Source: Octopus sinensis
Lineage: Eukaryota
DNA length: 38,101 nt
Assembly: GCF_006345805.1 (NCBI RefSeq)
Contig: NW_021835864.1
Span: forward strand, 1 to 38,101
Reading direction: 5' to 3'
Shown: positions 22,506 to 34,719 of the stretch, piece by piece
Layout: every line of letters starts with the position of its first letter
Position numbering within the stretch: the stretch's first letter is position 1
Translations under genes and position numbers: made by a program
Notes under the pieces: generated by a model
Told to the model about the DNA's origin: nothing
Database searches by the model: none
What the model saw: the letters and a program-made list of their open reading frames with translations, nothing else

Positions 22506-24058
22506 TACTGCATCCCACATTATTAGGCAAACTAACCTTCTCTCCATAAATAAATGTATATTCGTTCAAAACCAGTTGTTTTCCCACTGACTGTTGGCAA
22601 CACCTATCTGCGCACATTCTGTTAAAATAAATCAGATCTGCACAGATTCCAACAAATGGCAGCCATTTTCATGATTGGGCAACATTTTCTTTCACAAAGT
22701 ATTTAGGCAAGTATAATTAGAATGATAACTGTGTCAGAACAAACATTTATTTAATTCTACAAAAATTATTCATAAAGGACTTAATGGTAAACATAATTAT
22801 ACGTTTGAATGAAAATAATCATGGGATTATGATGTCATACAGCTCCTAATGTTTGATGTGTGACCCTCCACATGCAATAACCTTCCTTATGCGTTGATCC
22901 ATTGAATTTGTCAAGGTGACGATATCCTCTTGTATCATGCTTTGAGCAGCATCTACAATAGCATCCCAGAGGACAACTTTACTTGAAAACTGCTGTCCAT
23001 CTTGGTAAATGTACTGCTTCAGGACACTCCACAAGTTCTTGATTGGGTTTAAGTCAGGGGAACAAGGTGACTACTCAATCAAAGGACCTCCAGAGAAGCC
23101 TATTTGCTGCAGGTATTCCTTAGAATTCTTCACTGCATGAGATCAGCTTCCTCTTGAATGAAAGTTTTTGCTTTGTGAACCACAGTTGGAAATTGTCTTT
23201 TAAGAAGGTAACATGTGTTTTTTGATGTCACCTTTATGCCATCTGGGACATTCCATGGCCTAACCATCATACTACCAATGATGCCAGCCCAAAACATGAC
23301 ACCACCTCCCCGCGTTGGCGTTTCAAATGATGAAGACTTCCCACTGATTGATACCCAAACTTTACTTCAGCCACCTGGTCCGTCAAAGGTAGCACAGCAT
23401 CCATCAGTGAACAGAACAGTTGAAAAATCTACTCATGTATTCTTCTTCCCATTTCAGTCTCTTCTGCTTATAAACGGCCTCCAGTGGGTTCCTTATAACA
23501 CGTTTAATATTCCTGGCTACTCGCTTCAAGGGGCAACACCTAGTAGTTTTCGATACATCTTCCCAATCACAGTGTTTGAAGACTTCTCTACTTTTCAAAC
23601 ATGGGTTCTGCATAACTTCCCTTTTCACACTTGACAAATTACGATTTGAAGCAATCCTCAACTCACCCTTATCTGCTCTCGACCAGACAGAAATAGGAGA
23701 CTGTACAAATTTCTTCACTGTTCGGTGATCTCTTCCCAATATTTTTGATATTTCTATGGCTGTTTTCCTTTTTCCAAGCTCTGACACGATGGTAGACTTC
23801 TCATGCAAGGTAAGATCACGTTTCTGACCAATAATGACACTTAATTGGGCACTTGCTTAATAATTTGGGATAACAGAAATGTTGTTGCTACACGAAAATG
23901 ACTGCCGTTTCTTTCCGTTTGCATAGATCCAATTTATTTTAACAGAATTTATGCAGATACGTATTGCCAACAGTCAGTGGTAAAACAACTGGTTTTGAAC
24001 GAATATACATTTATTAATTGAGAGAAGTTTGTTTTGTCTAATAATGTGGGACGCAGTG
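22506..24058 (-). mobile_element. Full-length Tc1 (DD34E) DNA transposon, ~1.55 kb, ~170-bp TIRs, TA flanks
   Basis: The left end (T/C)ACTGCATCCCACATTATTAGGCAAA...GGCAGCCATTTTC matches the reverse complement of the right end ...TAATAATGTGGGACGCAGTG|TA. Inserted in a TA microsatellite. Confidence 0.95.
22846..23832 (-). pseudogene. Inactivated Tc1 transposase
   Basis: (ATT)GQKRDLTLHEKSTIVSELG..EISKILGRDHRTVKKFV; VLFTD; GGGVMFWAGIIG; DLNPIKNLWSVLK (catalytic E>K); SMDQRIRKVIACGGSHIKH*. Start codon lost, frameshifts and stops present. Confidence 0.92.
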
Positions 24059-24223
24059 TACACACACACACATATATATATGTATATATATATGTACACA
24101 CACACATATATATATATATGTGTGCATTTGTGCATGTATACACATACATATGTACATAAATGTATATGTATATATGTATATATATATATAGCTATATATA
24201 TATATATGTGTATATATGTATAC

Positions 24224-24286
<63 letters not shown>

Positions 24287-24571
24287 ATATATACATATAT
24301 ATATGATAGAGACAGCCATAAGTGAAGATTACCATTTGCTGTTAATAATAAACAATTATTAATTTCACAATCTCCATTTTCTTTTTACTTTTATATGAAT
24401 ATAAACTATGTTTTTATATATATACTTGTTATTTTAAGGAAATTCATTCCCCCAAAATATTAGGTATTGAAACGGTATTTCCTTGGGTCAAACCATTCCT
24501 TCATGAGGTTAATACAACCTCTAAATAAATCTTATATATATATATATATATGTATATATATACACACACAC

Positions 24572-24720
24572 ATACGACGAGCTTCTTTTCAGTTTCCGTC
24601 TACCAAACACACTCACAAGGTTTTGGTCAACCCGAGGCTATATTAGAAGACACTTGCCCAATGTGTCATGCAGTAGGACTGAACCCGGAAACATGTGGTT
24701 GGAAAGCAAGCTACTTACTG
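24572..24720 (-). mobile_element. SINE family A, 5' half
   Basis: CGACGAGCTTCTTTTCAGTTTCCGTCTACC...GACACTTGCCCAA...GCAAGCTACTTAC. Confidence 0.9.
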
Positions 24721-24724
24721 TGTA

Positions 24725-24755
<31 letters not shown>

Positions 24756-24756
24756 A

Positions 24757-25085
24757 GTGAAGACACGTGGCTTACTGGTTAGGGTATTTGGCTCACAATC
24801 ATAAGATGGTGTGTTTGATTCCCAGTAGTGCATTATGTCCTTCAGCAAGACACTTCATTCCACGTTACTCCAGTCCACTCAGCTGGCAATAATGAGTTGT
24901 ACCTGTAATTAAAAAGGGCCAGCATTGTCACATTCCATATCGCACTGAATCTCTCTGAGGATTACGTTAAGGGCACACGTGTCTGTGGAGTCTTTGGCCA
25001 CTTGCATGTGACATTCAAGAACAGGCTGTTTGATTGGTCGGATCAACTGGAACACTCATCATCATAACTGATACAGTGCCCCCCA
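24757..25085 (+). mobile_element. SINE with family B head and core but a different 3' body
   Basis: Shares CTCCAGTCCACTCAGCTGGCAA-AATGAGT with the copy at 4548, then diverges completely. Confidence 0.8.
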
Positions 25086-25596
25086 CACACACAAACACAC
25101 ATGTTTGTATAGTGCTCAAGATTAACTTGACTCCAACTTGAACTGCAACTAAAAGCAGGGATGTTATAACAGCATTATGACAGTTGGCTGTAGGCAGTTT
25201 ATCGATTGAGCATGTACAAGGATTAAAGTATAAACAAACAAAAACAATGTGTGTCAGGTGAGATTATGATATTTATATGTTTAAACATTATAGTTGAGCT
25301 GTTACATGAGCATAGATCATAATAAGGAAGGAATTAAATAAGTATGTAGGAAGTCTCTTACAGCTGTTTCAAGAAAAGCTGTGCAGATTTATGTGAAACA
25401 TTATTATCAACCTCCTGCAGCTGTTGTTCAGGGTCATTTTGAGTACTCCTAGTGCCATAGGATCTGCCTGTCTCATATCGGTCTTGTCAGTCACAACTGC
25501 TCCCATGAGAAACAATGTGATGAAGGTAGAGGGCAATGTTTATCTTGGACTCATCACTTTTAATGGGACGTCATAAGCAAACAAGTAAAAGCAATG

Positions 25597-26160
25597 CATG
25601 TATGTATGTCTCTTCTATCTTTTAATTATTATAAATCTTCCACTGAGGAGAGAGCCAGTTTCCAACAAAGACACAAGGCTCCATCTTTAGGATGTATCTA
25701 ACACAAACAAATTCACATTTGGAACTTGAGAAAAGTCTTGCATATGTTTACTGTTCCACTCACAGATTGCCCTTGTAATGTGTGAATTAGCCAGGTGATT
25801 TCTCTTTCTGAAAATCCCAGTTTATCCAGATTCTCCTTTAAGCATTTACTTTCGAAACCTAGTGCTCCAATTATTATTGGAATGAATATGAATTCATAGT
25901 CTGGATATAGAAGCTGGAGGTTTTGATGCAGTGGTCCAGTTATCCTGTTTTTCTTTGATTTTCAATAATGTTTATATCCACAGGGCAGCTAACCTTTATG
26001 ATGGTACATACCTTTGCCCCTCAGTCCCAAATAACAATATCTGGCCTGTTATGTCTGCATTTGATAGAAGCTTTGATGGAAATATTCCACCAGTATTCCT
26101 TGAGTTGGTGTTTATGAATGTATTCCATAACATAGGGATTTTCTAAGTTTATTTCAGGAC
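25597..26160 (-). mobile_element. R4/Dong-clade non-LTR retrotransposon 3' fragment (REL endonuclease domain), second subfamily
   Basis: EYWWNISIKASIKCRHNRPDIVIWD..KVSCPVDINI..KIKEKQDN..LQLLYPDYEFIFIPIIIGALG..QSVSGTVNICKTFLKFQM*; PD..D REL motif; tail ending in (TACA)n. Confidence 0.85.
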
Positions 26161-26212
26161 AGTCTGTATGTATGTATGTATGTATGTATGTATGTATGTA
26201 TGTATGTATGTA

Positions 26213-26430
26213 TTCATCATCATCATCATTATTGTTCTGATATCCCCTTTTCCATGTTTCCAAGTGTCAGACAGAATTTCTGAATGCAGATAGAATTTTC
26301 TATGGCCAGATGCCTTTCCCAACATCATTCTCACCTGACTTGAAGAAAGGTAAGATTTCCCCACGACCAAACATATTTTCACGTAAAGCTGGAAATAAAG
26401 AACACCGCTTAATGATGGTGAAACTCATTT
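26213..26430 (-). mobile_element. RTE-type tail fragment (diverged)
   Basis: (CAT)n followed by ...TGGCCAGATGCCTTTCC, the reverse of the GGAAGGGCATC motif. Confidence 0.55.
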
Positions 26431-26587
26431 ACAACTCTGATGATGATGGTGATGTTTATGCATATATAAATATAATGTGTGTGTGTATGCACATGTGTGT
26501 GTGTGTGTATGCACATGTGTGTGTTTGTGTGTGCATGTGTGTATGTGTAATATATACATATAATACAGGCACACACACATCATTATC

Positions 26588-26790
26588 TTCATCATCATCA
26601 TCATCATTTAGCATCTGTCTTCGATGCTGGCATGAGTTGGTTGATTTGATAACATCAGGTAAATCAAAGAACTGGGGCAAGTTCTGTTTTCTGATTTGGC
26701 TTGGTTTTTACGGCTGGATGCTCTTCCTAATCCTAACTACTTTACAGAGTGGGCTGGGTGTGTTTTACGTGGCACTGTTACTAAAGACTT
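26588..26790 (-). mobile_element. RTE-type tail fragment
   Basis: (CAT)n...TACGGCTGGATGCTCTTCCTAAT...TTTTACGTGGCAC. Confidence 0.7.
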
Positions 26791-26939
26791 AAAGTTTCAG
26801 TCTTAGTGAAATATCAGAAACAGAAGTTTGTCAGAGTGACAAAACGTATTATCTTTGTAATCATGGATAAAGATAAACACATTGGAAAATGAAAAGCAAA
26901 AGCGTTGATTCATGAATGTAATACTTTCAAATTAAATCA

Positions 26940-27408
26940 AACTGGCTGTGTGGTAAGATGTATGCTTACCAACCACATGGTTCCCGGTTCAGTTCCACTG
27001 CATGGTACCTTGGGAAAGTGTGTTTTCTTCTATAGCCTCGAGCAGACCAAAGCGAATAGATTTCGTAGACGGAAACTGAAAAAAGCTCGTCATGTGAGTG
27101 TGTGTGTATGCATTTGTACGTGTGTCTGTGTGCACGTGTGTGTGTATGTGTACGTGTGTGTGTGTGTGTGTGTGTGTGTGCATGTGTGTGTGCGTCTGTG
27201 CTTGTCCCGTACCGCAGCTTGACAACCAATGCTGGTGTGTTTACGTCCCCATAACTTAGCGGTTCGGCAAAATAAAATGATAGAAAAGTACCAAGCTTAA
27301 TATAAAAATATAAGAACTGATGTCGATTTATTCAATTAAAAATTCTTCAAGGCAGTGCCCCAGCATGGCCGTAGTCTAATGGCTGCAGTAAGTAAAAGAT
27401 AAAAGATT
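26940..27408 (+). mobile_element. SINE family A, full length
   Basis: Head, ~105-bp (TG)n linker and tail GGCAGTGCCCCAGCATGGCCGTAGTC. Confidence 0.92.
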
Positions 27409-27699
27409 AGGAAACAACTCCATTCTTAAATTCAATAAGCAGAAAAATATATATAGAATGCCAAACAATGCTAAAACCTTTATTTTTAGGCCCAAATATC
27501 GCAACGGATACAATACGTTTGCTTACACCGAATGTACAAATATACGCGATTTTTGTTTTTGGAAACAGTGCTTGACCACACGACTACAGAATATCAGTCT
27601 TCTTTGTAAGAGCGCTTTTGATTAACCACCACCTTCTCCTCCTCCTCCCAAAATGAAGAGTTTGGTAAATGAATGTTACAGAATAAAACAGACACTTAC

Positions 27700-27741
27700 C
27701 AAGAACAGCGGGTATTGCTAACAAAATGACAGGCACCAAAT
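27700..27741 (-). CDS. Candidate 42-nt phase-1/1 exon encoding a signal-peptide-like segment (x)LVPVILLAIPAVL(G)
   Basis: gtattttcaatag|ATTTGGTGCCTGTCATTTTGTTAGCAATACCCGCTGTTCTTG|gtaagt; strong donor, hydrophobic translation, lies in non-repetitive sequence. No homology evidence. Confidence 0.35.
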
Positions 27742-28164
27742 CTATTGAAAATACACAAATCACACGAAGTATTACATGAAACAAAAGCGTACTAACTATA
27801 TAATGGAAGAACGGATTATCAAAATCCTCGTAAAACAGAATACAAAAGGCATTCCGCCAAACCATAAATTAACATTAATAATGTACTACAAAACACTAAA
27901 AATTAATTACTTTCTTATTAATGACAAAGCTAGAAGAGACAGAAGCATGTAAACTGGAGCACAAGCAATTAATAACCAATGTGATTTACAATTTGATTGC
28001 GAGCGTGAAAGCCGTGCTGTTTGTTCTTCATGGGTCCAAAAGTTGTATCGTCCGTACAAGTACGATTCTCTCTCTCGTCAGTTCTCTGTGCATTTACAAA
28101 AATGAGTGACTAATTGTAATACACAGTAACACACAGCTCAGAATCAAGCTATAATTTATAATCT

Positions 28165-28330
28165 CTTGTATCTTGTATCTTGTTTCTTTTACTTGTTTCA
28201 GCCATTGGACTGAGGCCATGCTGGGGCACTGCCTTGAAGGGTAAGTCTGGTACTTATTCCCTCGGTTCCTTTTGCTGCTGAACTGCCAAGTTTCGGGGAG
28301 CATAGGCAAATCAACACACACGTGCATGCG
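28165..28330 (-). mobile_element. SINE tail fragment (family A type)
   Basis: TTTACTTGTTTCAGCCATTGGACTGAGGCCATGCTGGGGCACTGCC. Confidence 0.8.
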
Positions 28331-28632
28331 CACACATATGCACACACACACACACACACACACACATTTCGTGTTACACTAAGAGGCGACGCATATTTTG
28401 TATGAGGCTTTTCGAGTTTTGTTTCTCTTGTGAATAACTGTGAATTTCTTTTCCTTTAGAATTTATTTTCCTTTGCCATAATACTCCAAGACTTTACAAC
28501 AATTTGTCATCACATTTTTAACTTCAATTAGACAGGCTACTGATATTTTGGTTATGTTGGTTTAAGCTGCATACTGTTACTTTAATTAAAACCGATTCTA
28601 TTTGAAATTTTTGAGGAAACCATTTATTTATC

Positions 28633-28965
28633 CTCATCATCATCATCGTTTAACGCCCGCTTTCCATGCTAGCATAGGTTGGACGATATGATTGAGGACT
28701 GGTGAATCAGATGGCTGCACCAGGCTCCAATCTGAGCTGGAAGAGTTTCTACAGCTGGATGCCTTTCCTAACACCAACCACTCCAAGGGTTTAGTGGGTG
28801 CTTTTACGTGCCACCGGCACAAGGGCCAGTCAGGCGGTACTGGCAACGCCCACGCTCAAATGGTGCTTTTTATGCACCACTTGCACAGGAGCCAGTTCAG
28901 TGGCACTGGCAACAACCTCACTCGAATGTTTTTTCATGGGCCACCAGCACAAGTGCCAGTAAGGC
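28633..28965 (-). mobile_element. RTE-type 3'UTR/tail with internal tandem repeats
   Basis: (CAT)n CGTTTAACGCCCGCTTTCCATGCTAGCAT...CTACAGCTGGATGCCTTTCCTAAC; homologous to 13862-14205. Confidence 0.88.
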
Positions 28966-29239
28966 GATGCATTTATGCATTACAATTAATAATAGAATTG
29001 CTAGTTGGTCGTGTTGGTGAGTACATGTCTGAAGTTGACGGTGGTAATTGGCGACGATGGTAGAGACGACTTGTAGTTGGTATGATGATGGTGATGATGG
29101 CGGTGGAGACAGAAGACGTTCTGTCTGTCGCTGGTATATAATAGCGTCGTAGTAGCTGGCTGTCGTCTGTCGTTGGAAACTGGAACATAGCTGAGCACAA
29201 TGCTGGTCAGTGACTAGATCTTAGAAGGTCTGGAGTCAA

Positions 29240-29400
29240 AGACGAAGAATAGTGAAGATGCAAGCCTATTTATAGCCCTTGGTAGGCTCAAAGAAGGGCA
29301 TCAAGAAGCAGGCCTTATCCGAAGGCCATGATTGGTTGGCTTCACACTCTGGCGCGAAATAGGAAGTAGAGACAAACTGCGCCACATGTCAACCAATCAG
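29240..29400 (-). promoter_or_regulatory. Pol II promoter-like module (two CCAAT boxes, E2F-like, ETS-like, TATA), possibly LTR U3
   Basis: TATAAATA on minus 29267-29274; CCAAT on minus 29331-29335 and on plus 29393-29397; TTTCGCGCC on minus 29351-29359; AGGAAGT 29361-29367. Confidence 0.45.
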
Positions 29401-30284
29401 ATCAGTGGACACAACAGGAACAACCCAGCCAAAGATGGCTGTAATCTCAAATGAGATCATTCCTGCTGTGTCTTTCAAACAGTGAGGATATCAGATACCG
29501 CTAAAAGCTGTTTAGCTGATTACCAGTGGTGAGTTATCTATGTATGTTGGTTAAGAATTAGACACCTACGTCATCGTGTTGGCAAGAGGCAAGAATTAAG
29601 AGATTTCTGTGTCGGTGATGGAAAAAGTGGCTTGTAGACAAAGTGATTCTTTTAATCTGAGGTCAAGTATTCGACAAAGAATTCTGTGTTCATCTATCTG
29701 GTCAAGAACCTCTCTCAAACTCTACATTGATTCTATAGTTATGACCATATTTTGGCGGTACATTCATGAAAAATTCCATTCGAAATCATATGATCGAACG
29801 ATTACTGTTGAAGTGTTATTGGTCAGAATCCAGGGCAAGTCACCTGATATGTAGTCAGCTTTTAGTTACTGAGTTAACACAGTTTCAAATCACATGCATT
29901 TGTATGTAATAAAACAATGAAATGCGCTGAGCAGTCCCTATTGAACATATGATGTCGGTGTTGTGAAAATGCAATGAATTGTGTGTATGTATATTTATGT
30001 TGTTTGCGTATACATGTTTATACGAAAATATACATGCTGTTCATGTATGTATTTTTTTTATACGTAACTATTTTGGCTAGCTTCTCATTACCAAACTGCA
30101 TCATGTCGTTGTCGTTAACTCATTCCCAATGCGCTGGCGAAAATTATTATTTGTCTACAGTATCTGTCAAAGAAGTTGAATAAAACCTTATTTCCATTAC
30201 GGCAATTCTGTTCTCCTTACAAACACTCGTCAGTTTGAAATTGTCCGTTCTGTATTCTGGTATTTACATTTCACTCGGCATATA

Positions 30285-30745
30285 CTCTTTACTCTTTCAC
30301 TTGTTTCAGTCATTTGACTGTGGCCATGCTGGAGCACCACCTTTAGTTGAACAAATCGACCTCAGGACTTATTCTTTGGAAGCCTACTACTTATTTCATT
30401 GGTCTCTTTTGCCGAACCACTAAGTTACAGAGATGTAAACACACCAGCATTGGTTGTCAAGCAATATTGGTGGGGACAAACACAGACACAACATACACAC
30501 ACACATATAAACCACACACACATGTATATATATATATTATATATATATATAATATAATATAAGATATATATGTATATATATATATATACTATACATATAT
30601 ACAATGGGTTTCTTTCAGTTTCCGTCTACCAAATCCACTCACATGGCTTTGGTCGGCCCGAGGCTATAGTAGAAGACACTTGCCCAAGGTCCCACACAGT
30701 GGGACAGAACCCGGAACCATGTGGTTGGTAAGCAAGCTACTTACC
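30285..30745 (-). mobile_element. SINE family A, full length, close to consensus
   Basis: Complete head (GGCGTAGGAGTGGCTGTGTGGTAAG), ~110-bp microsatellite linker and tail. Confidence 0.95.
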
Positions 30746-30779
30746 ACACAGCCACTCCTACGCCTCTGTGGACAATGAT

Positions 30780-31045
30780 GGATAGGTGAATGGATGGAAA
30801 AGTAGAATTATCTGTAATGTGCAAGAGAGAAGACTATGCTGGTACGAACATGTCCTACGTATGAAACAACGGATGGAAGAAGAATGAATAAGCGATCCCA
30901 ATATAGAAGATGAAGATCAAAAAAGACGTGAGAAGCGGTGAAGGGAGATTCCAGGATGCTGGATCTCAAGGAAATAATAATTGACTACAACAAGGTATGT
31001 TCTCTGGGACAGACTGACCCAAGCAATGTCAGCTGAACAAAATGG
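30780..31045 (+). mobile_element. Old RTE-clade LINE 3' fragment
   Basis: RIICNVQERRLCWYEHVLRM matches the RTE motif xxRLRWYGHVxRM. Confidence 0.65.
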
Positions 31046-31134
31046 CTGACCTTGTGGTCATGATGGTGTTGTTTGTGATGAAATATACTCATCACTACAA
31101 CTGCCAGAAATCAGGAGGATATGAAATATATATG

Positions 31135-31265
31135 ATGGTAGTGGTGGTGGTGGTGGTTGTCGTCGTCGTCGTCGTAGTAGTAGTAGTAGTAGTAGCAGCA
31201 GCAGCAGAAGCAGTGGCGGTGGTGGTGGCGATGGCAGCAGTGATTAGTGGCGGCGGCTGTGGCGG
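31135..31265. repeat. Compound GC-rich trinucleotide array (GTG/GTC/GTA/GCA/GCG)
   Basis: Direct inspection. Confidence 0.9.
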
Positions 31266-31318
31266 TTGTGGACATGGCATTCTTGACTGAATACAAAAAT
31301 TTACGCCATTGTATGTTC

Positions 31319-31355
<37 letters not shown>

Positions 31356-32504
31356 ATGAGTGCGTGTGTGTGCATGTGTGTCTTCATGTATGTATGTGTG
31401 TGCAGGTGTGAGTGTGTGAGTGTGTGCATGTATATTCATGTGCATGTGTGCCTGAGTGAGTGTGTGTGTGTATATATACATGTTCGTGTGTGTATATATA
31501 CATGTTCGTGTGTGTATATATACATGTTCGTGCGTTTGCATTTGTGTATTTGCAACTGCATATATGCATGTGTGTTTCAGATAAATAGAGAGAGAGAGAG
31601 AGAGGAAGAGGAATAGAGAGAAACACAGAGAGGGGGAAAATTGTGTGTAGATTATTTTTCTGTGTGTGTGTTGTATATTTATGCTCATTCCAGAAAGAGT
31701 GTGCATAAGAGAGAGAAAGTGTGTGTACATGTGTGTGTACATGCGCGCACGTGGAGCGTAGACTTGTTTGTGAGCCTGTCTTAAAGATAGACGGAGCGAA
31801 TCTGCTTATGCAGGTATATCTATTAGTGCGCATACGTATGCTAAGGTGTGCATCTATATGTATGTGTACATGCACGTACGCAAACAAATATGTATGTATG
31901 TATGTATGTATGTATATAAGTATGTATGTATTCATATATGTGTGTGTGTGTTCCGATCTAATATCATCAAGCAAAGTTGGCAGCGTCCCTCGAAAAGTGC
32001 AACAGTAATGGATAGCTTAGCAAAGACATGCACCATAATGGCTGCACAGTCAATTGCACTTTGTTGTCTACAGCGCAGAAATTAACTGCGACTAATACGA
32101 TTTCTTTCTTGATTCCAAAGATATCATCCATTACACATGATATGATTGTCTGAATCTCAATACAGACGTGTCTTGCTGTGTGTGTGTGTGTGTGTGTGTG
32201 TGCACGTGCGTGTGCGTGTGCGCGTGTGTGCATGTGTGTGTGTGAGTGTATCGTGTCAAGTATATTCTTACGTGCAATGATTTAAGTTTATGCACAAATA
32301 TATGCATACAGGTATACGTGCATTTATGTATGATTGTGTTGGTGTATATATATATATATATATATGTGTGTGTAGCTAGGTATCTACACACTCACACACA
32401 CACACACACACACATGCACACACAAACGCACAGACTCAGACACACTCATAGATATATACATATACGTATATGTGTGTGCATATATATAATGTATATATCT
32501 GTGT

Positions 32505-32541
<37 letters not shown>

Positions 32542-33008
32542 CTATATACATTTATGTAAACATAAGCAGATATACACCCTCATATATATATATGTGTGTA
32601 TGCGTGTGTGTGTGTGTGTGTGCATGTGTAGGTGTACGGCTGTAGGTCTTTAAGCGTATGACTATATAATGAATATAATTATATATATATATATGTGTGT
32701 GTATGTATATATGCATGTATATCATTATATCCATTATACAGTCATACGCTTAAACACGTACACTCACAAACATAAGTACACACACACACAAGTGTACACA
32801 CACACATACACACACACACATATATATATACACCACATCCAAATTATGACTACAACTTCCAAAGACATCGTTGTGTATTCATATGCTGTACATAACTAAG
32901 TAGCCATTAGAACTAGCTCATACATGTTATAGGTGTAAATCAACGGATAATCAGAATGTTATCTCACATGCTCTCATATATATATTATTATATAGGTGTC
33001 TGGGTGTG

Positions 33009-33053
<45 letters not shown>

Positions 33054-33248
33054 ATATTCATTTATGTGTGACTGAGCATGCGTGAGTGTTTGTGTGTGTA
33101 TGTGTGTGTGTTTGTGTGTGTATGTGTGTGTGGTGTGTGAGGATAGGCGTATGTCTTTATGGTCTGTGTAATTATGCATGGTTATCATACATTTCTATGA
33201 GTGTCAATATGTATACATGCATATACACAAACACAGACACAGACACAA

Positions 33249-33282
<34 letters not shown>

Positions 33283-34293
33283 CCAAGAGAGACAGAGAGA
33301 CAAGTGTGACTTTATGTATAAATGTCTGTGTATATATGTGTGTATATATATATGTGTGTGTATGTGTGTACATATATGTATATATATGTGTGTGTGGTGT
33401 GTGTGTGTGTGTGTGTGTGTGTACAGGTTCTCTGTCTGATTCGACAGTGGTTATTACAGCTGTTCAATCAACTGATCGACATACTCATTAAATTATAGTT
33501 CAAGTGGTTGAGTACACCAAGTGATCCACATCAATTCCTTCCGACACTCTCGGTCACTTTCCCTAAAATTTACTGGAAGCCAGCATCAATCCTCACTCCC
33601 TCTCCTTCTCTCTCTCTCCTCCTCACTTTCTCTCTCGCTCTCTTTACCTTTCTCCTTAAGTGGTACTTCAGTTGTTGTAATCCTTTCATTGGTCAGTTAT
33701 AGGTCATTTTATTTTCATATATAGTAGTCCATTCTGCTTTACTTTCTGCATGTATTCTTTCTATAACGTCTGCTGATTCAATATTTGTCAGTACGAATTA
33801 TAAATCTCCGTACATTCGCTAATGTATTTACAATTATATGATCATTCGTATCTTTCTTTTTTTTTTTTTTTCCTTTTCCGCCCGCCCCACAGGTGATAAT
33901 TGTTTCCAATAAATTTGTGCACTGAAGACCATTGGCTTGAAATTTGCCTACAAATGAAGTGCAAATCCCTTACATCTACATTCCATAAGAAGCTGTTTAC
34001 TCAATTGCAGAGCCATAACATGTTACGAGAAGCGCAGAAAAGCTAGAAGAATTTTACGTATTGTTGTAAAAGATTGTCACTATTGAGTCGGGATATACTA
34101 GAAGATAGCAAAAGGAAAAAAAAATAATAAAGCATGGACTACCGGAGATTATTTGATAGTATACTACACTCATGGATAATGGCAATGCTCTAAATCAGTC
34201 ATTGCCAACCATTTTTTTACCTATGGACACCTTTGATTCTTATTTTACTCAGATACACCCTGATATCCAGTCAACGTTTAAAAAATCCTATTA

Positions 34294-34629
34294 TAGGTGC
34301 AGGAGTGGCTGTGTGGTAAGTTGCTTGCTTACCAACCACATGGCTCTGGGTTCAGTCTCTCTGCATGGCACCTTGGGAAAATGTCTTCTACTATAGCCTC
34401 GGGTTGACCAAAGTCTTGTGAGTAGATTTGCTAGATGGAAACTGAAAGAAACTCATCATATTCATACATGCATATATATATATATATATATAATATATGT
34501 ATCATTAATTAAATATATTCTATTAGAATATTATGCACTGAATTTATAAATACAATATTATTGTAGACATATATTCCTTTGTGAGGAATTTTTTTATATT
34601 GAATTTCATGCTATCATTTCAAAATACAG

Positions 34630-34665
<36 letters not shown>

Positions 34666-34680
34666 TATATACACACACAC

Positions 34681-34719
<39 letters not shown>

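Noticed and set aside
25340-25560. Coding-like fragment next to the R4/Dong copy
   Set aside because: No frame gave a motif I could assign; left unannotated.
31945-32170. Unique CpG-containing island with open frames
   Set aside because: No convincing donor/acceptor pair and no recognisable protein motif.
227-33724. Dozens of ORFs rich in YI, HT, CV, poly-I/Y/T/E/K/S
   Set aside because: They are translations of (TA)n, (CA)n, (TATG)n and triplet repeats, which lack stop codons by composition.
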